Origin: a virus
Taxonomy: Duplodnaviria; Caudoviricetes
DNA length: 56,874 bases
Direction: 5' to 3' (one strand)
IMG/VR virus record: IMGVR_UViG_3300045970_000182
Location: 1 to 56,874 of that record
The notes below the pieces were generated by a model. That model made no database searches and had not been told where the DNA came from. It worked only from the letters and a program-made list of their open reading frames with translations. Of the stretch, positions 10,553 to 21,216 are shown in pieces. Made by a program: the position numbers and the translations under genes. How positions within the stretch are numbered: the stretch's first letter is position 1; each line of letters begins with the position of its first letter.

Positions 10553-10581
10553 ATTATACGAAGACCTGTTAAGGATGTCAA
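10553..10581 (-). promoter_or_regulatory. sigma70-type promoter for the gp32/uvsX operon
   Basis: TTGACA-N17-TATAAT, perfect consensus. Confidence 0.85.
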
Positions 10582-10591
10582 GAGTTTCTTG

Positions 10592-12166
10592 TTAGAAATT
10601 CAATGTAAATCTATCGAAAAATATTGAGAGGTCGACCGATTCTTTAAGTTCTTTGGCAGAGTTGGGTTTAGCCTCTTCTACCTTAGCATTTTCTAATACT
10701 TGTTTAAGTACAGCACGCTCGAAGTCATTAACTGTACCTTCTTTGCACAGTTTTGTACCTATTTTGTTTACAAACGACGATAATTCATCGTTTTCTGTAA
10801 TACGCAAGGCAAATTCATTCAATCTGAACCCTAAACGAGCATTTTCGCTTGCAAATTCAAACATAGGAGTAGGAGATAACGATTCGCGACGTAAAAATAC
10901 AGCATTACCTGCTGCTTCTTCAATTCTTTTGTGATATGTGTCTTTTTCTTGCACTAACTGCTTAACAATAGGCAATACTTCTTCAAACTTTTCATCAAAC
11001 TTACGAATTGTGAATAAATCTTTCAGCTGAGTGGTGTCATCTTCCGATAATGCTTCTCTCTCAAATGTTTCTAAGCGAGCTTTTGCCGTTTCGTATGTCT
11101 TAGAACCAGTCAATTTCTTCAATTCTGCACGAATTGTTTCAATATTTTCTTTAATCGTGTCTATAATACCCGAACTATCCTCATTTATGAGCTTATTTGT
11201 GGTTACATATCGGTTAAATGACTGAAGTTTTAGTAAATTGCTTGTATTTTCGCTAATATATTGTCCAACTTTGTCAGACATTGTTCCACCGTGTGACATA
11301 TGTTGGGCCATTGCGCGGGCACCAGCTAGATAGTTGTGTTGGAAACGGAATCTTTCACCGTTACATTCTAGGAAAATTGCGCTGATGTGGCGTGATCTTG
11401 CACCGCGAATATTTTCATCGACGGGGACTTTATGTCTTACTAAGATTCTAACATTTTCCAATGTTTGTTGAGATGTTTTTAGAGAACCGAACATCTTGCT
11501 GAAGCTTTCTACAAGTGCATCATCCGACTTATTCTCCACTACAATGTTCAACTTATACATAGGCATCATAGGATTATTTGTTTCTATCTTGTTTATTTTA
11601 TTTTTGCCTTCTTCTTGGCCGGACTTCCATAGTTTGTTTAAGGCATGCTGTATAGACTGCAAGTTGCTACCTTTAAACTGATGTACCAAACCTCCAGCGG
11701 TTACAGGAGAGTTAGTTTTTGTCATAAAATGCATTATCTGACCCATCAAATGGCTGTTTGTATCTGCTTTTATATCTTCGTTCATTGCATTTTCCTTATT
11801 CATCTTTGCTCTGTATGAAAAATCCTTAGGCTGAATAGATTTTCCGAATGTTGATATAGAAAAGTTTAGTGGAGGAACATTATTGCCTGCTAGTTCTCTT
11901 ATAGAATTCTGCAGTTCCGACACTGCTGAATCATCAAATAATTTACCTTTACTAAATTCAACAAATGCCTTTGATTCTGATGTAGCATCGTTAAGTGTGA
12001 TCATTATATTAGGTGCCGGAATAAAGAATCTGCGTCCTTCACCGGGAACTACTGTGTCTTGCCCGCCCGCATCAAATATTGTAAGTTTTAATCCATTACC
12101 TTTCAGCAACGAAAAAACCTTTTTCGCTAAATCATCTAACGGAGATTCTTTTTGTAATTCATCCAT
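10592..12166 (-). CDS. conserved late (probably virion) protein
   Basis: 524-aa ORF after a GATAAATA motif, next to terminase; GARAMAQH motif. Confidence 0.65.
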   Translation of the reverse strand: MDELQKESPLDDLAKKVFSLLKGNGLKLTIFDAGGQDTVVPGEGRRFFIPAPNIMITLNDATSESKAFVEFSKGKLFDDSAVSELQNSIRELAGNNVPPLNFSISTFGKSIQPKDFSYRAKMNKENAMNEDIKADTNSHLMGQIMHFMTKTNSPVTAGGLVHQFKGSNLQSIQHALNKLWKSGQEEGKNKINKIETNNPMMPMYKLNIVVENKSDDALVESFSKMFGSLKTSQQTLENVRILVRHKVPVDENIRGARSRHISAIFLECNGERFRFQHNYLAGARAMAQHMSHGGTMSDKVGQYISENTSNLLKLQSFNRYVTTNKLINEDSSGIIDTIKENIETIRAELKKLTGSKTYETAKARLETFEREALSEDDTTQLKDLFTIRKFDEKFEEVLPIVKQLVQEKDTYHKRIEEAAGNAVFLRRESLSPTPMFEFASENARLGFRLNEFALRITENDELSSFVNKIGTKLCKEGTVNDFERAVLKQVLENAKVEEAKPNSAKELKESVDLSIFFDRFTLNF

Positions 12167-12225
12167 GTTTATACATTCCCTATTTTAGTATTTATCTAAT
12201 AAAGTATTTTTAGTTGATATAATAT

Positions 12226-13806
12226 TTATATCATTATAGGCATAGGAGAATCCATAGCTGATTCTTCCGAATCAGAAACATCTATGTTGATTGCTGCCTG
12301 AGACTTATCATCCCATGTTGAAATGTAATCTAGCATACGAACTACCAATATAAGCGCCATGATTAAATCGTCTGTTTGGCCAATACGCGCCTCGTATGTG
12401 TTTCCTCTCGATACAAAAACTTTGAACTCTGACAACAATCCCTTTGAGTTTATTTTCATTTTCGTGGATTCTATCAAGAATTTCAACTTGGCACAACATT
12501 CTAGCTTAGATTTATTTGTTGTGATAAATCCTGCTCGGCGACCTGTCTTACCTTGCAATCTATTCTTAGGATCGTGTAACATCTGCCCTGCGAAGTTTTC
12601 TTCGCCTGTATCCCGTATAACAACTAATGCTGCTTCACCGAGTGTATTACTTTCTACTGACCAATATATTTCTGATTCGCCTTTACTTTCTTCTTTTATT
12701 TCTTGTAATACCTTCTTCAGAGTTCTAACTTGTTCTTCAATAGGAGATCTATTGCTACTCCATTCTGCTACCTGTATAAGCGTAGGTAACTCAAACACCT
12801 GTATAGCAGCATTGTCGCCACCGGTGCCCATTGATGGATCTAATCCCGCAACATATATCATGTTTGGTCTAATAGGAGCAAACCATCTAACCTGACCTGT
12901 CTTCTTAATAGGCTGAATGGATTCCATTTGCCCAAGTTTAATAGGATTAATAAGTGTTTCTTCGAATGTAATAAACTCGCCGCAGTGTTCTCGCAAGAAT
13001 CTATCTTCACCGATTGCAGCTTCTTCCTTATCTGCCCATGCTTGATCTCTATCAGGGTGTTGATGCCATACAGCCTTATAGGATTTAAATCCGTTTCTAC
13101 CTATCTCTGTTTCATTTCCGTTGTTGTCAACTGTTTTCAACGAACCAAACCATATTTCAGCAAACTGATCTTCGTCTGTGTTAGGGGTAGATGTAATAAT
13201 GCACTTACCGCCTGTGGACAGTGTAGGAGATAGCGATGTCCAAAACTCTTTTGCTATACCGGGTTCTACGAATGCAAACTCGTCTAAATACACAAGTGAT
13301 AACGACATACCCCGACCAGTGTTTTCTGTTGTGGTTGTTGCTACAATACGGGAGCCGTTTGCAAAGTCGATAGACCTTTTATTATATGTTTTTACGCCGT
13401 CTCGTATATGGTCAGGTATAGATTCGTATGCATATCTAACCCGTTGCATGATTTCTTGAGCACCGTCATACTTATTTGATGTAATAAGAATGGTAGAATC
13501 ATCATTAAACATTGCATACCATAACAAATACCCTGACGCCACTGTGGTCTTTCCAAGTTGGCGACCTAATAGGTTAACTGATTTTCTATATTTGGTGTAT
13601 GTTTCGAGCAACTCAATCTGAAAATCATATAATGAGATCTTTATCTTACCCCTGGTAGGGTGTTGCACATACATAAAATTCTGTATAAAATATAGAGGAC
13701 CGGTCTCTGGGTCACAGCACTTAGCCAGTTCCTCCATTTGTGCTGGAGTATAGTTTACTTTAGAAAATGCACGTTTTACAAGAGTGGAATCTTGATAAAT
13801 GGCCAT
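12226..13806 (-). CDS. terminase large subunit (gp17-like)
   Basis: RQLGKTT Walker A, YLDEFAF Walker B, ITSTPN, GLDPSMG nuclease, DDLIMA. Confidence 0.95.
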   Translation of the reverse strand: MAIYQDSTLVKRAFSKVNYTPAQMEELAKCCDPETGPLYFIQNFMYVQHPTRGKIKISLYDFQIELLETYTKYRKSVNLLGRQLGKTTVASGYLLWYAMFNDDSTILITSNKYDGAQEIMQRVRYAYESIPDHIRDGVKTYNKRSIDFANGSRIVATTTTENTGRGMSLSLVYLDEFAFVEPGIAKEFWTSLSPTLSTGGKCIITSTPNTDEDQFAEIWFGSLKTVDNNGNETEIGRNGFKSYKAVWHQHPDRDQAWADKEEAAIGEDRFLREHCGEFITFEETLINPIKLGQMESIQPIKKTGQVRWFAPIRPNMIYVAGLDPSMGTGGDNAAIQVFELPTLIQVAEWSSNRSPIEEQVRTLKKVLQEIKEESKGESEIYWSVESNTLGEAALVVIRDTGEENFAGQMLHDPKNRLQGKTGRRAGFITTNKSKLECCAKLKFLIESTKMKINSKGLLSEFKVFVSRGNTYEARIGQTDDLIMALILVVRMLDYISTWDDKSQAAINIDVSDSEESAMDSPMPIMI

Positions 13807-13807
13807 G

Positions 13808-14101
13808 TTATTTGCCTATCTTTGCTCTTTTATTTCTTAAATCATCTAACATTTCTATTGCCTTTTCTTTTAATTTCTTGGATGAGTCGTCATTAGCAAA
13901 ATCAGTATTAATAAGAATTCTCAAGTTGTTATCGGCAGCGTCTAACATACCATTTATTGCACGAATCTCTGATACATCGGTGGCTATAACTAAGTTATCG
14001 AGCAAATAAACAATCCCCGAATATATTCTTATAACTTCTAAATCAATACCGGCAATAGTTGCCCATGCCTTGTCGAGCTCATCTATCTCTAATATTACCA
14101 C
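13808..14101 (-). CDS. hypothetical protein
   Basis: 97-aa ORF filling the gap in the late operon. Confidence 0.5.
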   Translation of the reverse strand: MVILEIDELDKAWATIAGIDLEVIRIYSGIVYLLDNLVIATDVSEIRAINGMLDAADNNLRILINTDFANDDSSKKLKEKAIEMLDDLRNKRAKIGK

Positions 14102-15261
14102 GAATTATTTTTCTTGTTATGCTTATATATTGATATTTGTTTCTCGAGATCATCCGCAGCGTTTTTCATTGTACTATGGAGTTTATTTAATACACCCGAA
14201 TCCGTATTTACTAAAGATTCCTCTAAGAACTTCCTATAGTTATACACTAACTCTTTATGTGTTTCGGCAACCTGTAGTTTTTTCTGTTCAGGATTATCGC
14301 CTTGACGAGCGCCCGAAGGGCCTACAACATCTGTCACAGGACTATCAGCGCCATTAGGGAAGAAATCTTCACCCGACGCAGTCTTAACAGTGTCATAACC
14401 GTTGTTCAGATCGGTTTCTTCTAACGGACCGTCCCATGGTTCTGGTTCATCTGGCGGGTCGAAATCGTCGAAATCACTTTCTCTCGGTTCTTCACCTGTG
14501 CCGCGGCACGAGCTGCATCTGGTGCCGTCGAACATACCTTCGCCCGACCCATTACATGCACCACATATTCGATCTTCTTCATCGTCACCTTCGGCGGGGG
14601 CGGGTTCTTCATCATTGAATAAATCATCAATGCCGGTGCCTTCGTCGACGCTGTCATCGGCGTTCATTTCATACTCATCAAAATCAGTAGGAGAATCCAT
14701 TCCGTCGGTGTCAGGATAATAATCTTCATCAGACCCGTGACCTGCACTAGCAAGTGCAGCGGCATCGTCTGACATGTCGTAAGAGTCGTTGTACCCATCG
14801 CCCGTAGCATTGAAAAGATTATTGTCTTCCATGTACTCCCATACAACATCGGAGTTACAACCTAATGCTCTAGCAACTTCTTCTGCTTCTGCTTCTGAAT
14901 AAGTGCTGTCAGGCGAATATGTGGCAGCTAAATATTCTCGTATGCGATCGTGCAAATCATCTATGCTATGTTGATACATTTCCTGACGTTGATTATACTC
15001 AGAGTCGCTACCGTCACCGTTGAACTTATCTGCATCAGGATGAAACATTGCGCCTTCTTCTACCGGTTTCTTTTCTTCCTTAGCCTTCTTAGCATCGGCG
15101 CGTTCTTTTTCTGCCTTTGCTATTTCAGCATCTTGGCGTACTTTGCTCGGCTTGTTTGCATCAAGATAGTGCTGTGTGTGGGCACCTTCTGTAGCAATAC
15201 CTACACCGGGCACCGATTCCACACCTTCCATAAGATTGATTAGTTTTCTCATATCGTTCAT
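14095..15261 (-). CDS. very acidic putative head-associated protein with a DnaJ-type CxxCxGxG pair
   Basis: N-terminal MRKLINLMEG, D/E-rich body, CGACNGSG...CSSCRGTG. Confidence 0.65.
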   Translation of the reverse strand: MNDMRKLINLMEGVESVPGVGIATEGAHTQHYLDANKPSKVRQDAEIAKAEKERADAKKAKEEKKPVEEGAMFHPDADKFNGDGSDSEYNQRQEMYQHSIDDLHDRIREYLAATYSPDSTYSEAEAEEVARALGCNSDVVWEYMEDNNLFNATGDGYNDSYDMSDDAAALASAGHGSDEDYYPDTDGMDSPTDFDEYEMNADDSVDEGTGIDDLFNDEEPAPAEGDDEEDRICGACNGSGEGMFDGTRCSSCRGTGEEPRESDFDDFDPPDEPEPWDGPLEETDLNNGYDTVKTASGEDFFPNGADSPVTDVVGPSGARQGDNPEQKKLQVAETHKELVYNYRKFLEESLVNTDSGVLNKLHSTMKNAADDLEKQISIYKHNKKNNSW

Positions 15262-15929
15262 TGTAATACTCCTGCTTTTGACAGTTTTGTTTTCTTTACT
15301 CTGCCGAAGAAGCCTGTGTCATCACTCTTTAGGTTTTTCGGATCGTTGAAACTATCGTAATCTTTTCCGACTGCATCTGTCTTTGCTGCCGGAGACAATG
15401 GATTATCAACTGTTGTTATTTTTCTTTCTTTGCTTACTTTTTCAAGTTCCTGCAAGAAACTAATATTATATTCCGCGCCATATGCTGGCTTTTCTGTTGC
15501 TTCGTAATCAGAACCCAATCTTGCCTTATAGTTCTTTTTGTATTCTTCTGAGTTCCTGTCAACATACAAATCTGTCTCTATTTGTCTTGGATCATTCTCG
15601 GAATATACTGCAAGAAACTCGGGGGAAATATGCAAACTGTTGCAAATATATGTTTTAAGAAAATCTAACGATGCAGGATACCCCATAGATATGTTGCATA
15701 TAAACACTGATGTATTTTTTACATTTGGAAAATCTAAAGGATTTGATTGTATTGGTGTTCTCTTAAAGGGAGACGCAGAAATAAGTTCATACTTTTTAAG
15801 GCATTCTTCCAACCCGTCTAGTTTGTCGTCTATACTGTCTACAGCAAACTTCAATACATATTTGTATTCTGTCTTTGTTTCCGCTACATATCGGACGAAT
15901 GTTTTTTTATCTGTCATTTGTGACTCCAT
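15258..15929 (-). CDS. conserved hypothetical late protein
   Basis: 223-aa ORF, TPIQSNPLDFP motif, GATAAATA upstream. Confidence 0.7.
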   Translation of the reverse strand: MESQMTDKKTFVRYVAETKTEYKYVLKFAVDSIDDKLDGLEECLKKYELISASPFKRTPIQSNPLDFPNVKNTSVFICNISMGYPASLDFLKTYICNSLHISPEFLAVYSENDPRQIETDLYVDRNSEEYKKNYKARLGSDYEATEKPAYGAEYNISFLQELEKVSKERKITTVDNPLSPAAKTDAVGKDYDSFNDPKNLKSDDTGFFGRVKKTKLSKAGVLQ

Positions 15930-15937
15930 TAATGTAA

Positions 15938-16435
15938 CTATTTATCAGAATTCTCTGACTTCTTGGAACTTACTATTAATCGAACCAATTCGTTTCTATC
16001 AAATTCATTGCCTACAGCAGGTTTTCCTGCTGCATTGCCTAACTCAAAGTCTATTTGTTCTGCTCTTACCTTCTTAAGTTGTAGTTCAATCATCTTGAGT
16101 TTCTTATCTGCTTTTGCTACTTTTGCATCTAATGCAGTCCTTAACATCTGGCCTGCTACTTCAAATATTTTGCCAGCGTGCATATCAGGCACATTTGCAC
16201 CCAACGAAATTAAATCCTCGAATGTTCTTTCAGCGCGGACAGACAATGCATCCATATCTGATTCAAATGTGTCTAAACCAGTTACTGTTGGTAAAGCATA
16301 ATCGATTTTTTCTGCTGTGGTTAGTGCAGAATATATTTCTTTTGCATCAACCATTAACTCGTCTTTTGTCTTTATGACAGCAGGTGGTTCGGCAGGTGGT
16401 AAGTTAAAAAAGTCTTCAAGTGATGTAGTTGCCAT
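15938..16435 (-). CDS. putative terminase small subunit or packaging-related helical protein
   Basis: LEDFFNLP start, IFEVAGQML, coiled coil, DRNEL end; near terL; function inferred. Confidence 0.45.
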   Translation of the reverse strand: MATTSLEDFFNLPPAEPPAVIKTKDELMVDAKEIYSALTTAEKIDYALPTVTGLDTFESDMDALSVRAERTFEDLISLGANVPDMHAGKIFEVAGQMLRTALDAKVAKADKKLKMIELQLKKVRAEQIDFELGNAAGKPAVGNEFDRNELVRLIVSSKKSENSDK

Positions 16436-16869
16436 TATTTCCTTCCAGGATGGTGGTATATATGATTTTCATTCATTATTCTAAATGTCATCCCGTGAGC
16501 CTTAGCAAATACGTTTGCTGCTGCCCATTTAAATGTATTCAACGCTACAGCCATTTTCGACCTTTGCGATTTAGCCTGTTCAAGAAATGTTTCATGAGCC
16601 GGCTTAACTTCGATAATTTCCGCTTTTTTCTTCCCATTGGCATCCACATAAGTAACAACAAAATCAGGTATATACACGGTGTATTTACCCGTAAATGGAT
16701 TTTGATAAGGAATTTTAAGGGATTCACTTGCCCAGTTTGTTATATTAGGGTTAGCATCAAACATCTGCATGACCTTGAACTCCCAACTACTGCGGAAGTA
16801 GATAGGATATGTGCCTACATATTTTTCTGGATGGGCGGGTTTATATTGCCCTTGGACATATGAGCTCAT
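16435..16869 (-). CDS. head completion nuclease (T4 gp4/TnsA-N-like)
   Basis: KYVG...YFRSSWE...WASE...IPY...YIPDF...IEVKP...KWAAA; start reassigned to MSSYVQG. Confidence 0.85.
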   Translation of the reverse strand: MSSYVQGQYKPAHPEKYVGTYPIYFRSSWEFKVMQMFDANPNITNWASESLKIPYQNPFTGKYTVYIPDFVVTYVDANGKKKAEIIEVKPAHETFLEQAKSQRSKMAVALNTFKWAAANVFAKAHGMTFRIMNENHIYHHPGRK

Positions 16870-17579
16870 GCTAATGGATCTAGTATAACTAACTGTGGAA
16901 TGGTACCTGTCATCCGCCACATAATATTCCCTTCATGCAGATCTACCATAAAATCTTTATTATTATTTCTTAAAAAACTAATAGCATCTAATGCTTGTTT
17001 AAGTTTCGCATCTTTAATAAAATCATTTGGGTTTCTTACACCTCTAGATAACCGCAGGATAATAAAATCACCGTATAAGGCATATCTATATTCATCTAAC
17101 TTTGGATCATTTTTTACAGACTCATCTAAATCTTTACCAAACATACGCATACATAAAGATGACATTACCGGTTCATTACCTAATATCATTTTCGAAGTAA
17201 ACGTTACCAAGTCTTCCATATTAACACGATAATGTAGTTTATCATCCGGACCTTTCATGATTTTTAAATCATGTATAATCGGAAGATAGGGATTCACATC
17301 ACCAATCTTCGCTCTGTGATTCACTTCACGCAACCAACTTAAATAACCATCATCGCTTATATTATCAGTGGGAATCAAGGCGCCACCTGGCATAGAAGCT
17401 GCTCTACCTAGCTTTGTTATCTGATTTAATCGTTTCGGTGAATTCATGTTGTATGCCACACCGAAAGATCCACTGCCTTTATGGTCCGGCTTGGTTGCGG
17501 TTCTTATACGACGAGAGTGAGTTATAAAGTCTCGATTACTCTTAACTGGTGTAAAGTCGATTAATTCGCGTAGAAGCAT
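16866..17579 (-). CDS. protein-kinase-like protein with MLLREL N-terminal motif
   Basis: Gly loop GSGSFGVAY, catalytic loop DLHEGNIM, metal-binding ILDP. Confidence 0.7.
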   Translation of the reverse strand: MLLRELIDFTPVKSNRDFITHSRRIRTATKPDHKGSGSFGVAYNMNSPKRLNQITKLGRAASMPGGALIPTDNISDDGYLSWLREVNHRAKIGDVNPYLPIIHDLKIMKGPDDKLHYRVNMEDLVTFTSKMILGNEPVMSSLCMRMFGKDLDESVKNDPKLDEYRYALYGDFIILRLSRGVRNPNDFIKDAKLKQALDAISFLRNNNKDFMVDLHEGNIMWRMTGTIPQLVILDPLA

Positions 17580-17580
17580 A

Positions 17581-18045
17581 TTATTCCTTTATTTCTCTTG
17601 CTACTAAGCTGTCTGCATTTATAGCAGTTGTCACAGTGCTTATTTGATGCGATGGATCTCTTAGTTGATTAAATAATGCTATAGAATCATTACTTAGTGA
17701 TAACTTACCTAATATATTTTCAGTATCTAATAAAGTCTGCGGAGTAATGGCTCTTGCTGTGGAAATATCCATTATGATAGATGCCAATGAATCTGCAAAC
17801 GCTGCACTTGCACCACGAGATAAGAAATAGCATCTTGTAAAGTTATAGTTGTCGGGAGAAAAACTTCCTGCAACATTATTTGGATCGTATTGAGAATCTA
17901 CAGGAATATAAGTTGTTGGTCCCATTGCATAGGTAAAAGTATTCTCGGGTTGACCTGTTACATTTTTGACAACTTTCTGAGTTCCTAAATATGTTAATAT
18001 TTGAGAACTGAATCTACCAGTGGAAGCAACATTGGTATTAGACAC
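17581..18045 (-). CDS. hypothetical (likely baseplate/tail) protein
   Basis: 154-aa ORF in tail gene cluster. Confidence 0.55.
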   Translation of the reverse strand: MSNTNVASTGRFSSQILTYLGTQKVVKNVTGQPENTFTYAMGPTTYIPVDSQYDPNNVAGSFSPDNYNFTRCYFLSRGASAAFADSLASIIMDISTARAITPQTLLDTENILGKLSLSNDSIALFNQLRDPSHQISTVTTAINADSLVAREIKE

Positions 18046-19300
18046 TTGATTTACCTACCCTATTTATATCTTTATACTGTGTAGAACTTTGCACAGCGGT
18101 TGATCCAAACGAACGCGACTGTACTGCCGGTGGTGCAGGGCTGGTTGCTGGTTTAGGAGAAATATTTGCCATACCGTTTAGCACGCTTGCGCTAACTGGC
18201 CGCACAACTTTATCCGATAAGAATGATCCTGTTACCTTACCTATGGACGATTGCACGTTCTTACCTACACGCTGCAATATAGGATTGTCAGATTGTAATA
18301 GTGGATTATTAGATTCAACAAAATCCATAAGTGTTGCATTAAATGCAAGGGAGGGTAGTTCTAAAAACTCACCGTGTTCAAATGGTTCTGTAGAAGACCT
18401 ATTATCGGTTGTTGTGCTGCCTAACTTCATATTTTGTATTTCGTAATACGCATATTCATATTCTATAGACATAGTTATTTCTATTGTCTTATCAGTTGAT
18501 GCATAGTTAAGTGTATCGTGGTTGAATGATGCTATACGTGGATTTACTAAAGTTACTTTATTAAATCTACCGCCATGCACCTGAAATATATCTATTGATT
18601 GTATTAAATTGCGGACATCTTTTACTCTATCTAAGTTAAATCCGAAGTTATGATTATCGAGTGTGTCTGTAACAATATTCTGTATGGCACTCTTTTGCCC
18701 CAATGTATTTGTTGGGGTAGGTTTTGCGGCAGGTTGGGTACCATTTATTAAATTCTTTACGCTTGTTGCTAAACTTGTTATATTAGGATTTATGGAAGGT
18801 GTTATATTCTTTATTAACTCTTCAACAGTCATAGGCTTTTTCTTACCAGGTGGTGTAATGGCTTTATTATTTCCCGGTTCTTCACCATCAGAAAAGTAGT
18901 ATCTATAATACATTTCCCAAAATTTTAAAGTCTTTCCATCTGCAACATCATGGAATACCATTTTAATCGGGTTGAATTCTATTTTTGTTTGGCTCAATCT
19001 CTTTCTGTTGTATTGATTTAATGCAGTTGTCTCTATCTTCATAGAGGGCATCTCAATGCTTTTTACAAGTGGTGTAACTTGAGACCACGATGCAGTATTG
19101 AATACAGTAGAAATATAATCTTTTGCGGTGCCTACATTGGCAAGATTTATGTTTATATAAAACTCAAAAGGAAATCTCGGCTGATTTGTATATAACGACT
19201 TACCGTCTTGGTTGAAGTTATATGTAGCGTGCCTCGGACTTTTTTCGTAAAAGAATCCTGCACCTGTTAGTGTCGTGATTAAACTTGAGAATGATGGCAT
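18038..19300 (-). CDS. tail-tube-like baseplate/tube initiator protein
   Basis: LVKSIEMPS...NQYNRKR...FHD...LVNPRIASFNHDTLNY...IEYEY tube-fold pattern. Confidence 0.7.
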   Translation of the reverse strand: MPSFSSLITTLTGAGFFYEKSPRHATYNFNQDGKSLYTNQPRFPFEFYININLANVGTAKDYISTVFNTASWSQVTPLVKSIEMPSMKIETTALNQYNRKRLSQTKIEFNPIKMVFHDVADGKTLKFWEMYYRYYFSDGEEPGNNKAITPPGKKKPMTVEELIKNITPSINPNITSLATSVKNLINGTQPAAKPTPTNTLGQKSAIQNIVTDTLDNHNFGFNLDRVKDVRNLIQSIDIFQVHGGRFNKVTLVNPRIASFNHDTLNYASTDKTIEITMSIEYEYAYYEIQNMKLGSTTTDNRSSTEPFEHGEFLELPSLAFNATLMDFVESNNPLLQSDNPILQRVGKNVQSSIGKVTGSFLSDKVVRPVSASVLNGMANISPKPATSPAPPAVQSRSFGSTAVQSSTQYKDINRVGKSSV

Positions 19301-19310
19301 AGTGTGTTAT

Positions 19311-19466
19311 TTATCTTCTTTTGGTTACCATATTCTGCTTCCTAATATATGCGTCCGCAGTTGTTTTTCTAAGCCATTTGACAAGCTCAATTCCTTCTTG
19401 GAGTAGTTTAATCTTTTCTTGTTCTGTTAACTCCTTCTTCAGTTCTGTTATTTTTTCTTTATTCAT
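19311..19466 (-). CDS. small hypothetical protein (51 aa)
   Basis: MNKEKITELKKE... overlaps the stop of the upstream endonuclease; below ORF-track cutoff. Confidence 0.4.
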   Translation of the reverse strand: MNKEKITELKKELTEQEKIKLLQEGIELVKWLRKTTADAYIRKQNMVTKRR

Positions 19467-20361
19467 TTATCAGTTCTCCGTCCTTATTAAAAATCATAAA
19501 CTTAAAGTTATAGCCTGCATCGATGCAGGCTTGACGTTTAAGGAGATTTGTGGTATACCATTTCTGCTGACTGCTATACGTCCACAGAGACTTTACCTCT
19601 ATTATGAGATTTTCCTCTGGAATATAAATATCCGGATAATACCTGTGTTTCTTACCATCTACTTCTACATAATATATAGATGGAAGGGAGGGGTTTATCC
19701 ATAATTCATCCTCTGTATATGTTTTTAATAATAGATTTATGCACTTATCTTCATACCCCTGTACCTTAACTATCTTGCCGGATGGCAACACATAATCTTT
19801 CTTTAAATAATATCTATTTTTATCAAATATATCTTTAGATTGCATAACATTTTCCGAACCATATTTTTCAAGGCAGGTATCGATTGATTTCTTTCTTACT
19901 ACTTTATTTTGCTGCGGCGCCGATACACCATATTTTTCCATACATGTATTCTTGGATTTCTCTTTTAACTCTTTTAATCTCTGTGGTTTTTCGACACCAT
20001 ATTTTTCTAAACATGTTTGTTTGGATTTATTTTCAAATTTTTCAAGTAACTGCGGCGTGGCGGTTCCGTGTCTTTCTATGTTTGTGTCTTTTATTTTCTG
20101 TCTGAATTCTGCTATATTCATTGCATTCGTAATACCTTCTCCATATTTTTCAGTAAACGACTCTTTGATACGATCCTTTATTATGTCGGCCTTAGATGGA
20201 TTGGTAACACCGTATCTTAACAACGAAGTTTGTTTTACCTTTTCAGAAACACCTAAACGACGACAGGAAGAACAGCAATATTTTTTATACTGCCCATTCT
20301 TCCTGTGTTCTGTTATTATTATTCTACAATCTTTATTATTACATTTCTCACCATTTGCCAT
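19459..20361 (-). mobile_element. putative homing endonuclease with (T/C)xEKYGV repeats and a PD-(D/E)xK domain
   Basis: About six KYG repeats, VQGYE, YYPDIYI...IIEVKS; inserted between tail genes. Confidence 0.75.
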
Positions 20362-20410
20362 AAAATACCCTTACTTTGTGTAATGTATTTATGACATATA
20401 TTGGAAATAA

Positions 20411-21025
20411 TCATGCGAAAGTGGTTCCACCGGTGGGTGATGCTATATTCGGGAACGGATTACCGCCCACTGTTGTTCCGTTGTTTGTATTTGGACCAGA
20501 TACGTTTGTTGCATTATCAAATCTAATTGTTAATGTAACTTCATGGATATCACTACTCGAGAAGTCACCATCACTGTACTGTACATCCTTTAACCAGCAT
20601 CCATCTAACACCCAAGATTCTAACTGCTCGTTATCTGTACCGTCCATTGAGTGAATTTCCATTGCAAACTTGTAGTTTATGCCGGCTACAGCACTTGTTT
20701 GTTCGAAGTGATTCATTTGTTTCTGTACCTGAGCACCTACAGACGATATAACTGCATTAGTAATATCATCTCTTAGCTTAATTTCGATAGTTTCAAATGT
20801 ATGTTTTCCAGCAATCCATGCAACAGAATTGTATGAGTGCATTTCTACTTCTGCATATGATATCTTAGGACGAGAGCATGTGATAACATTTTGTGTCATT
20901 TCTCGCAATCCGTTATTCTCGCCAAAATTTTGCCAAACAACCCTGAAACGATATTTCTGTTTTGGGTGTAACATACCAAGTTTGTTTCCATCTAACGGAA
21001 CACCGAATTTGGATAAATTTGCCAT
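20411..21025 (-). CDS. tail tube protein (gp19-like)
   Basis: PKQKYRFRV, YNS...AGKH, LRDD, LDGCW...LTIRFDNA; follows the sheath gene. Confidence 0.88.
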   Translation of the reverse strand: MANLSKFGVPLDGNKLGMLHPKQKYRFRVVWQNFGENNGLREMTQNVITCSRPKISYAEVEMHSYNSVAWIAGKHTFETIEIKLRDDITNAVISSVGAQVQKQMNHFEQTSAVAGINYKFAMEIHSMDGTDNEQLESWVLDGCWLKDVQYSDGDFSSSDIHEVTLTIRFDNATNVSGPNTNNGTTVGGNPFPNIASPTGGTTFA

Positions 21026-21171
21026 TTATATTCTCCTGCTTAAAAGCTAATACTATTTATCAAATTTATGAATTTTTTATCATATGGTATAATAGTGCTT
21101 GTTTATCAAGTATTTATCAAAAAAGAGGATATCTTTTCCTACAGGAAATGTATGTTTATGGAGTTATATCA

Positions 21172-21202
21172 CAAATAAAGGGACCGTCGGTCCCTTTATT
21201 TT
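21172..21202 (-). terminator. intrinsic terminator after tail sheath
   Basis: AATAAAGGGACCG/CGGTCCCTTTATT inverted repeat. Confidence 0.7.
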
Positions 21203-21216
21203 CATTTATTATCTGC

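Noticed and set aside
14095-15261. DnaJ chaperone
   Set aside because: Only two CxxCxGxG repeats and no HPD J-domain
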